NCBI GenBank assembly: GCA_010015805.1
Contig: ML978127.1
Coordinates: 1,612,001-1,676,000, forward strand
Reading direction: 5' to 3'
Origin: Rhizodiscina lignyota
Taxonomy: Eukaryota
Length of the DNA: 64,000 nt
Position numbers and translations under genes: made by a program. This document shows, one piece after another, positions 23,935-34,751 of the stretch (positions are counted from its first letter, which is position 1; each line of letters begins with the position of its first letter). Below the pieces are notes generated by a model, which ran no database searches, was not told the DNA's origin, and saw nothing but the letters and a program-made list of their open reading frames with translations.

Positions 23935-26253
23935 ATGTCAATGGCGGTCACAATGAAATCCATCTTTGTTCTCGCAGTGACGCTGCTCACAATCGGCTCT
24001 ACAAGGGCTGCCTTGACTCAGTTCGAGAAGCAACGGTTGTACGATCGTATTTACCAGACGAGCCTTCGGGGTCCCAGATTTCGTGAGTGTGAACCCCTTC
24101 AACCAACTTCCTTTCGTTCACTCGGTGGTTGTTGCTGATTTACTGCCTTACAGCCGGAACTGATCAGCAGAATTCCATGCTTGACTCTGTTGCTGCCAAC
24201 ATGGATGTTGCTGGATTGACCACTAGCACACTAAACTATACGATATACAGGTATGACTGAGAATGCCAACAAAGCCGTAGTCAGAATCATCGAGCCCTTT
24301 ATAATCAGGATCAGATCGTGTGACAGTGCATGAAGTGGAAATGCTGACGTTTCTACAGATGGGACCCACGATGGTGGTCGTTAGAGGCCACATTATGCAA
24401 TGGAACTCGTCTCGGATTCAATACGACGGGGTACTATCCATATTCTGGTAACAGCGGAGCAAGAGGTGTCACTGGTAAAGTTCACGACGCGGGTTCGTAC
24501 GCGGTTGACCCGCACACCGAGACCGCCAATTTCAGTTCACTCGACTTGGACGGCCTGTCTCCTGGAACAATCGCCTTTTTCGACAACCCCACGGTGACGA
24601 AGAATTACAGTCTGCCTGGATATGGTTTGTTCGGGTAAGTGGACTGCCCAAGTAGTAGACAAAACAAATACAGTGGGAGTGAAAATCAAGTGTGTAACAG
24701 GAATATGACATGAATTGATTTGGCAGCACAGAACTTCGCGGAACATTCCACGCAAGGACATTCCAGAGGTACGATTTACATCCGCGCATATCATTCGAAA
24801 TAAGTTCGAGTTTGACTTGGGTTTGATCAGCTCGGCAACTTGACAAATCCGCACTGGATTTCAGCAAAATCCCTCAATTTCACACGTGAGTGTGGGCGCA
24901 GCTTGAAGAAGATATCCGATTCTGACATACCCGCAGAGTTGAACCAGATGAACGTAGCGGCCGTTATTCTGTCCTGGGTCAACACATCAGACGAAAATGC
25001 AGCTCTCCAGTGGCTTCCCAATAATGCCCCTCCAGGAAACGGAACGTATACGTGTCCCACACTCTACGTGGGCAACTCCACCGGGGAAACGATCCGATCT
25101 TTAGTTGCGGCGAACGAGGTGGAGACCATGACAGTTGTACTCGATGCACCAAGCATTCATTCTCCTTCTTATACCCTCATCAGCCACCTGGAGGGCAAAA
25201 AGAAAGCGAAAGACACAATATTACTGTATACGCACAGTAAGTGTTTCCAACATTCCGCTTTCTCACGGTGATCACTGACGCGGACGTTTTCCAGGTGATG
25301 GCCCCTCGATTATAGAAGAAAATGGTAGGCGACAAATCCTCTGTATCCATGCTGCCGTGCCAATAATGAACTCAAGGACCGATCATGATGCTTACGCTTG
25401 CGGAATACTTTTCACGAAATAAGCCAAATATCAATCTCGAGTACGCAATAACCCATCTTTTCCTTTCCTAAATGCTAACCACGTTCGCAACATTAGTTTT
25501 ATAATGACTACCGGTCATCTAAGTAAGCATTTTCATGTTAATCGAAAACTGTTTACTGAAAACCCTCCCCAGGCGGCGGAAAGCTCAACGAAACGGCCTG
25601 GATGGGCCAACGGCCGGATCTCATGGCCAATGCTCAAGCGTCCATCAACATTGAACATCTCGGCGCAATCGAGTGGAAAGATGTTCAAACCCCGGAAGGA
25701 CCGAAATACACCGCAACTGGACGCCTTGAGCCAATGTGGACGTTTGCGTAAGTCTTGTAAATTTCATATTCTGGGATATCTCAGGCTTATGAGTGGCACT
25801 TGATTTGCAGCAATTCATCTCACGCCAGCGACAATATGCGTCACATATATCTAGAATCATTCGATGGCTCTCCAGATTCCCTCCGCATGGCGCTGCTGAA
25901 CCCGCTCGTCGTCGACGGTAAGCTATCGCAGTGGTACGGCGTGGGTGGCTCCAGTGTCTTGGGCTACAGTGACATTCCAACAGTTGGGTAAGAGACCATT
26001 CGATAGACGTCCTCGAGTTATATATAGCTAACAAAGATGCTCGTAAGAATCATTCCGCAGCCGGACTATCTTTGTGAGTTTTACGCTTCACAATTCCCAT
26101 AATCTGCTCTGCTTCGTTAACACTCATGCAGGGGCATCAATGAGCGATGGTGGCTTTTCAAAATATGATCAAGCGCAGGCTGTCGCGCAGCTTGAAGCTC
26201 TCATTCGTGTCGTTCAAACGATTGACGACGCTTGGACCAGGGGAGACTTTTGA
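23935..26253 (+). CDS. Secreted PA-domain / Zn-exopeptidase (M28-like) uncharacterised protein, 13 exons
   Basis: Signal peptide. Twelve GT-AG introns splice in frame to give GPRFPGT, YYPYSG, YTHSDGPSIIEENG, FIMTTGHL, NIEHLGAIEWKD and IPTVGIIPQPDYLW, ending ...RGDF*. Confidence 0.78.
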
Positions 26254-26984
26254 ACAGGAAGGACCTGGGAAGGCGCCGGGCGACGGCTGAGTGTGAAGTT
26301 CTGTCGCTATCACTCTATAATGTTTCTTTTATTGAATTGATTTAGAGGTATGAAGTGAGAGTGCGATGATTGACTCCGTACCCTCAGCTCACTCAATATT
26401 CTCCTTTCGAAGCTTTCTACGATCCATTGGAGTCTGGTCTGACAAAGTATTGTTGCTGTATGGCGCATATATTCAGCTAGCATCCGGGCCGCCTACATGT
26501 CTCAATGCAAGAACCAACTTATCCAGTCCTTTCGCGAAGTACAGAGCTTTACTGTCTTCGGCACTGGTATTATTCTCGGCATTACACTTCTGTTAATCAT
26601 CCTGGCTGTCGCTAGAGAAATGTGTTGCTGCGGCAAGAACGAAGTCGACATCGGATAGGAAGGCTGCGAGACAAGTAGATGATAAACTGCATCTTCTGAG
26701 GACAGTCTTGACGGATCATAAGGCTGGATTGCAATGGTCTAACGGGAAACTGGACGTGCCTATCACTATTCTTAGAATGGAGATCGAGAGACCAATGCCG
26801 GAACACGACGGGCTTGCATCGTATGGCCCGTTAGCGTTGGTTGAAGACTTCGAATAAGTCGCGCGGCTATTGGTAGTTGTGCACATCTGGGTATTCGAAA
26901 TCCCGCGGTGGTAGGTAGAGGATTTCAGCCAATCTTTGTGTACTCTGACAGTCTGTCCTTGATTTGGCTACAGTCATCACTTAA

Positions 26985-27490
26985 TCACGTCTCACAAAAG
27001 ATCGCGTGCCATGTCAACCCCGTCGGCGCCTTGCCCCTCACATACGCCTGTATCTTTCTCTTCTCTGCAAACACCGGCGCCAAAGCCTCTGCCCTTGGAT
27101 TGTTATTGTTGGGTTCGTGTTTGCTTGTCACGAATCTCTTCCGCCCTGCAGCGGTCGCGGCGTCAATAAAAGCGGTACTGCTCTTGCACGCTTAAGCTCA
27201 TCATGGTATTGACAACGGCGTCCGGATCGCGGAATGTGGAGACGGGGGCATCGCAGGAGTAGCCGTCAGAGACTGTAAGAACATGGACGCGAGGATTTGT
27301 ACGTAGTGAGGAGAAGGCCTTGGAGGATTCGAGGGCGAGGGCAGTGAAGTTGTAAGAAGGCTCTACGAGAAGAGCTGTCAAGAGAGCCTAGTGAGCCACC
27401 AAATTAGTCTGAGTATACTGAGTTGCGGTAAGGACAAGCTCACCTCGACAGCGATAATCTTCTTGTAGGCTTGGTCCCTGGTGATCGTGG
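26985..27490 (-). pseudogene. NmrA-like / isoflavone-reductase-like pseudogene
   Basis: AYKKIIAVE|ALLTALLVEPSY...DAVVNTMMSLSVQEQYRF, then a +1 frameshift at ~27168-27171, then IDAATAAGRKRFVTS...LTWHAIFCET*. No GxxGxxG motif, no clear ATG, truncated. Confidence 0.75.
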
Positions 27491-28590
27491 ATGGTAGTAC
27501 ACTAACGATTAAGTGGAGAGAGATTATTGAGATGCAATTGAGAGAATAGCTTGAAAGGCAGAACTGCACTTGTCGGTGTGGACGTGAGCAGCTTTTGGAA
27601 TACTTCCCCCTTTGGATCATGAAAAGTCCCTTACTTATACTTCAATTGAGTGTCTGCTCGATCAGTTCGTCTTGTCGCATCCTCAACTTTCGATTCCATA
27701 CTGAATTCTAATGTCGAAATGAAATACTCAACAATTATGTGCTTAGCGGAACACACTGTTCTACGATTGGACGGAGATTGGACGGAGATTTCGGTCGTGA
27801 AGGTGCAGCGAAGGCTTAACAATCTCCGTTGAGGTCCGCCCTTTTCGACAATTTGTGATGGAGGACGCAATGTCATAGGCTGAAAGGCTGGTGTTCTACT
27901 CGTTGGAAGTGATGATTCCTTGGGGAATGCCGCAGAGGCACTCCAATAGACTTGCCAAGAGCTCCACAACCCAACTCTCAGCGGTCCGAACTGAAGGATT
28001 GAGATTTCGTGTAAGATTGTGGGAGAGAAGGGATGAAAGCTTATTTCATTACTGAGTCGCTGTCTGAAGCTTGAAATAGCCGCCGTAAAGCCGAGACTAG
28101 AGCTCAAACAAGCCGGGGGTGACGAAATAGTTGAGCCCGTAGTAAGAACCAGTTTTGTTCTTCCATACGCACGAGAACATCTCTGAAAGCTCGATTAGAC
28201 ATATACAAAACTCGCAGCTTTGGTGTGTATAGTCTGTGTTAACTGATGGGCCCGAATACCCTCGCGGTGAGCGTTATTTCAGCCACGACTCGATTTTTTG
28301 GTCACCCACTTGACTGCCACTGCCATGTCTCATCCAGGCCGGGGGAGACTTGCCCCGGGCGGCTCTTGGGGTATCTTACATACCACATTCATATATGACC
28401 CGCTCTTTGTGCGCTGCCTTATTTGAGTATTATTCAAAACAGGTATTTATACCAAAAGAGGAACACGCGATGGAGTGTGTGGAATCACGGTCATTCTCGG
28501 ATTCCGCTTAAGTCCACGTAGGTCCGGTTCTTTGCACCTTTCTCTACTTCCACATCATCTGCACGCTTTTCACCTTCGCGCATTTCCAAA

Positions 28591-29498
28591 ATGAAAAGTC
28601 TACAAGGCAAAGTGGCGATTGTCACCGGAGGAGCTCGCGGTATTGGGGCTGCCATAGCGGAAGAGCTTGCCAAACGAGGAGTAGCAAAGGTACATCCTTC
28701 CCCAAATTGAGCAAATGAAGGAATCACTGCTGAGAGAAGCAGATTGCCATAACGTATCTTAGCAATACCTCTGCTGCTGAAGGCGTCGTTAGCAAGTTGC
28801 AAGCCCTTGGTGCAACCGCTATAGCTATCAAGGCAGACGTAGGGGATCTAGCCTCTGCCCCCACTGTCATTGAAAATGCACTGGACGCTTTGGGCACTAA
28901 AGAACTAGACATCCTAGGTATATCGTAGATTCCTGCTTCGTTGTTCGTGCTAATAGTCTTCTAGTCAATAATGCCGCGAGCACGCTTCTCCGACCGTTGG
29001 ACGATATCAAAATCGACGACTTTCATGCTGTTTTCAACACCAACATAGGAGGCCCGCTTTTCCTCATCCAAGCCGCGTTGCCCCGGATTCGGCGCGGTGG
29101 TAGGATTATCAACATCGGGTCCAGGCAGTCCCGCCACGCCACTGGAAGCCCTATGTTTCTTTACGCTGCCTCCAAAGCCGGACAAGAGCATCTTACACGC
29201 AATTTGGCATTCCAGTACGCAGCACCGCTAGGGATCACCGTAAACACTGTTATGCCTGGGCCCACAGATACTGGTATGGACTGTCCTAAGGTAATACATG
29301 GTTGTCAGGCTAACTTCTTGGACAGACGAACTGCGAGCTACTGGCATGGCCGAAGCCTTAAAGAATGCAGCAACAGCAGAGAAAAGGCTCGGTACGGTGG
29401 ATGACATTGCCCAGATTGTAGCGTTCGTGGCTGAAGATGGAGCTCGCTGGATCAACGGGCATACCCTCAACGCAACAGGTGGAGCGATCATGTTTTAA
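28591..29498 (+). CDS. Classical SDR oxidoreductase
   Basis: TGGARGIG, VNNA, YAASK, PGPTDT and WINGHTL. Introns 28690-28742, 28918-28964 and 29274-29325. Confidence 0.92.
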
Positions 29499-29955
29499 TT
29501 CACAGTCTCAATTTGCTGAGAGCTATCCACGTCGATTTTCCACCCTGTAATCAAGATCACCATTGACTAGTCGCTAATGGCTTGTTCCAAGCTTGGAACT
29601 GTACTCTTATCGCTACTCGAGACGCCGACACGCGCTGGTTAGCCTGCAAATCGCTGCAAGGCGATGGTGGCCCAAGTCAAGCACAATTGCCTTCCTAAGC
29701 CCCTCACCGCTTGTCTAATTGTTCACAAGATCTGATACAGGCAGACGGGCTCAAGTTGCTCGATGAGAACCAGGGAAGAAGCCAAAGCCACGGGATGTTC
29801 ATTTTTAATTTATTGGCCAGACACTTCAATAATGTCGCAAGCTTCCACAAATTCCGTTGCTTTGGTTTTACCGGACACGATGTTGCACCAAAACTGCATG
29901 CACGTTTGACATGGCTTTTCGAATCCAAAGTCCTGCCTCGAGCTTGACTTTCCGG

Positions 29956-30590
29956 CTAATGGTGGACTCCCTTCCCGACTTCAGTATGTTGCATCTCTCC
30001 GACATCTAATGCCCGGAGAACTCGCGAAGTTGCGTTATAAGCAGCGATAGCCATGGCTTCGGACCTCATGTCAGCATCTTCTCTAGTGCACATACATAGG
30101 CATGCTTACTCAGTTCCAGCATCTGTTGCTCGTTATCCATAACTTCCATGGTAGCTTTGAAAACCTCATCTGTGACCGTCAAATTCGTGACGTGGTCGGC
30201 ATATCGAAGAACAAGCCACTCGCGCTTGGTGAGTCCGCCTTCACCATCTTCGCCCAGCTTGTAAAGCGGAGCTGTCCTCACAGTCTCTGCACCTTCCTCG
30301 GACACACCGCCCTTCTTCATGAGAGGATTGTGAGCTGCCCATTGGTATGCTGCTCCATTCAGTGCTGCAACACGGCATATGCCAAGTTCGTTAATGCCAG
30401 CCGGCACCGATGAATGATATCGGATGTCGTTGAAGAACACGTGATAGCTCTTGCATATCGTTGGCGATCCCAGTAGGGTCTTGTAAATAGCTCCCAGGGG
30501 TACACCTCTTTCTGCACGCTCCTTCGTGAGTTCATCAATGAACTCTTGATCCTCTTTGTTATCAGAGTGGTCGACGTAAGTGAGACGCAT
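29956..30590 (-). CDS. Carboxymuconolactone decarboxylase / AhpD-like protein
   Basis: LLGSPTI, ELGICRVAALNGAAYQWAAH. Intron 30109-30057, then TMAIAAYNATSRVLRALDV. Confidence 0.85.
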
Positions 30591-31371
30591 GTTGATTTAT
30601 TTGTAGACAATAGCCGGGAAATGAGATATATGTGCTCTGGCTTTGCAAGGATTTAGAATACAAACTTTCATATATCTTCATGGCGATTTGCAATATTATG
30701 TAGACCAACTAGCGGGCCTTCACGCTCCGTTGGAAGGGGAGATTCCATCGGAGCATCACGGAGGTATACAACGAAAGGGTATTGCTTCAAGTCGCCAAGC
30801 TGCCCATTTTAAACGGCGAATGCTCCGTTGCCGATCAAGAGTTGCCGAGAATCGAGAAGTCGGTTCGTACGATCTCCCGGACAAGCTCTACACGAGACAC
30901 TCAAGGCCGTGCCGAACCACGTTTCTTCTGCGTCAACCCAAACGCTGAATTGGGATCCAAATGACTTCTCCCGTCTAAGTTCTCTTCAATTGAATTGAAT
31001 TGATTGGGGTTTAGAAGAATATCGCGTAGTTCAAGCTGTCACACGCGTAAGTAGGAACGTGATATGCCAGACACGCGCTACAATATGCGCGTTACAATTC
31101 CGAGACACGGATCATTGTTCGACCGAACAATAACAGCTTGACTTCTGTAACTCAAGTCTCGCTGTCTTTTAAGAAGATAGATAGAAGATAATCTATTCTA
31201 ATGATATGGTCATCCGCTAAGATTGACTAGACGACCCTGAAGACTTTTGATCTACGATTCTTACGGCTTGAGGTACAAAACTTCGAAGTGCGGAGTAGTT
31301 TCGTACCTTTCGCGCCTGTCACGCATCGTTCAGCAATTCCGTATCCTTGATTTGGAAAAGCAGAATTCATC

Positions 31372-34119
31372 ATGGCAACGCCTTTAGAGAAGATCCCATT
31401 AGAAATCTTCTGGTGGAGGGAGAAGGGCTCATCCAAGAAACGAGAGACGCGAGTTCCAACAAAGTAGATCATCTCAATTGTCGACGTCCACTGTCTGACT
31501 GAGACAGTATCCATTTGGATCTGCTCGCCGCCGGGGAAATTCCTGATCCATTTCATGGCATGAATGAACGAGACGTACAATGGGTGCATGACAAGGAATG
31601 GGTCTATGGCTGCTCCTTCAAACTGCCCAAAGCAAAGCAAGGCGAGAGGATTGACTTGGTCTTTGACGGCCTTGATACCTTCGCGGATGTTGCGCTCAAC
31701 AGCAATCACATTCTAAGGTGAGACACATATAACAGCCCCCGAAGTACCTTTTAATATTCAATCATCTACCCAGCGCCGACAACATGTTTATCCCTTACCG
31801 AGTCGACATTACGAAGCTGGTCAAAGACGAAAATGCTTTGGAAATTACATTCCGATCAGCTTATGAGATTAGCGAAGATATCCGTCGCCGACGAGGCAAT
31901 ATTGTCTGCTGGAATGGACATTATGGCCGCCCATATGTTCGAAAGGCGCAGTACCACTTTGGCTGGGATTGGGGTCCATCACTTGTGACTTGCGGACCAT
32001 GGAAACCAATCTATATCGAGCGCTACATGGACAAAATCGAAGACGTCAGGATCGAGATAGATATCAGTCATGATCTGAGTCGAGCGAAAGTGGATGTGCA
32101 TGTGTCCCCGGCAAATGACCGCGAGAGTACCTTCATTCACGTGCAAATGAAGAATTTCAAAAACCAGATTGTGGAGGCTACTAACATAGAAGCGCTATAC
32201 TGGAGTTTTGAGATTAATCGGCCAGAATTATGGTTTCCACTTCACGCAGGAGCTCAACCACTGTACAGCACTGTTGTTCAGCTTCTTCAGAAGGATGGTA
32301 CGGTCCTCGACACAGCAACAAAATCTTTCGGGATCCGTAAAATCGAACTCGTCAGAGATCACGATGATATTGGCTCTACCTTCTATTTCCGAGTCAATAA
32401 TGTCCCCATATTTGCCGGCGGCACCAATTGGATACCCGGTGACAGCTTCTTGCCACGTATCACTCCAGACCGATATCGCCGATGGATCCAAATGGCCGCT
32501 AAGGGAAACCAGAATATCATCCGCATTTGGGGCGGAGGCATATATGAAGACGACGCTTTCTATGACGAATGTGATCGCCAAGGGGTGCTTGTCTGGCAAG
32601 ATTTCTGTTTCGCATGCGCTCAATATCCAGCAGACCCGGAGTTTCGGAAAAGCGTTGAGAAGGAAGCAACAGCAGCGATTCAGCGGCTGAGGCATCATCC
32701 ATGTCTGGCTCTGCTAGCTGGCAACAATGAAGACTACCAGGTAGCGAATGAAGCATGTATGTATTCACAGACTTTGTCATTCTGGTATTGCTAACTTGGA
32801 GAAGTGAAACATGACATGAAAATGCCGCCAGAGCAATGGCTCAATTCAGAGTTTCCTGCTCGCTATATCTACGAGCGTCTACTTCCGAGCTTGGTACAAC
32901 AGCATGCGCCATGGATCAATTACTGGCCTGGATCTCCATTTGGTGGTGTCGACAATAACAGCGACCGAACCATTGGTGATGTGCATATCTGGAACGTATC
33001 CAGCGGTATGCTTGTCCCGTATCAGCGGTATCCAGACCTGACGGCCCGTTTCGTATCCGAGTTCGGCATGCTTTCTTGCCCGCATCACAAAACCGTCACT
33101 GAGAACTTCTTTGGTAAGAGCAAGGATCGTCACCCACAAAGCGAGTCATTTGAATTCCACTGTAAAGCGAGCTCTTACGAAAAGCGTATGTTCACTTGCA
33201 TGGGTGAGCAATTTCGACTCTCCTTCGATTTGAAGGAGTATGTCTACCTAACACAGCTGCTGCAAAGCGAAGCAATGAGCTTTGCGTTCCGTGGCTGGCG
33301 ACGCGCATTTTCAGGGCGCAGATGTGGAGGCGCCATCGCGTGGCAGGTAGGAGGCCTCCATCATCGCATAAATATAGCCACAGCTAAAGTTTGATGCAGT
33401 TGAACGATTGCTGGCCCGCCTCGAGTTGGGCACTTGTTGACTACTACGAGCGACCGAAGCCAGCATACTATACTATTGCCCGAGCACTTACACCCCTCAC
33501 AGTAGGTGTAATGCGAAAATATCGATTCAATCCAAATCCCAACCTGCAGCACGAAGCTCTTTGCAATGGAAGAACAAAAGCTGATGCAGCAAACGTAATC
33601 GCACACGCAACACCGCATGTATATCCGCCAAAGGACTCAACCTACTCAGTGTGGATTTGCAACTCAAAGTCTGGGGCCCATGAGGTCATGGTGGAGCTTC
33701 GGTTTGTTTCCAATGCAACCGGGGAGGATGTACGCGACCCAGTCCGGAAGAAAGTGAGCGCAGTACCAAACGACACCACCGAGGTATTCACTGGGGAAGT
33801 TCCTGGAAATGAAGAGGAGGAGCCAGTTGTCCTTGCCGCTCGGTTGATGGATGAGGAGGGAGTGACTATTTCCCGGGACACTGATTGGCCTCAACCTCTC
33901 AAGCACTTTACATTTGAAGATCGCAATCTGCACATTCACCAGGATGGCGAAACGCTCACCATCAGCGCAGGACGGCCCGTCAAAGGACTGGTACTGCAAA
34001 ATGCCGATGTCCAATGGAGCGACAATTGTATCGACGTGGTTCCTGGGGATGAGCAGCGCATTGTAGGGAGAGGCTTAGCGGAAAAGGCTGAGTGGATACA
34101 TTATGCCATGAATGACTAA
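31372..34119 (+). CDS. GH2 beta-mannosidase-like glycoside hydrolase (no signal peptide)
   Basis: FDGLDTFA, RKAQYHFGWDWGP, RIWGGGIYE, acid/base GNNE, nucleophile SEFG and WQ|LNDCWP. Introns ~31464-31507, 31718-31773, 32757-32804 and 33347-33399. Confidence 0.94.
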
Positions 34120-34751
34120 GGTGAGGGTTTCTAATATAACCGTGGCTCAGCCTTTTGCCCTCGATAAAACACAAGAGCCATATAGAGTTGAACTTTTATT
34201 GCAGATATACTCCGTACGCTAGAGAGTATTAGAATTTGAGAAGTCGTCTGCGATACTATGTCACAGCACGATATCTTCAAAAGTCATTAAATATTCCATG
34301 AAGAAGGTTGAGTCTTGCGGAACGCCCAACAACTCTTAGCACAGGCTTTTCCTATCATATTAGCTTCGCTCTAGCTAAGGAGCGCCTCGAGCAACTCTCC
34401 TCAATTTCCCCGAAATTCTACCGTGACGCGGTTCAATTCAGCAAGCGAAAGAAGGTGGTGCCCATAATGAATTGCTCGCGTGCTATAGCTCCAAACGTTA
34501 TTTAACTATGTTGGATTCTATCAATCATATCTTCAACCCTTTTTATGGTAGTGGAACCATCTTCATGGAAATAGGCTTGTCATCGCTTCATGCTTGTTAG
34601 GCCAGCGTGCTAGGCGCCTGTATGTCGAATCACGCAGCTCAGCTCTCAGCCTCGTCGTGATGCTGCCTTGCCTGACTCCTTAAACCTCACCCAGCTGCTG
34701 CTGTTCGCATCGATGCCCATTCTCTCATGATAGTCGAATATTCAGCCCGGT

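Noticed and set aside
27765..27790. 11-bp tandem repeat GATTGGACGGA x2 and ORF 27631-28107
   Set aside because: An isolated slippage duplication; the ORF has no motif or splice support.
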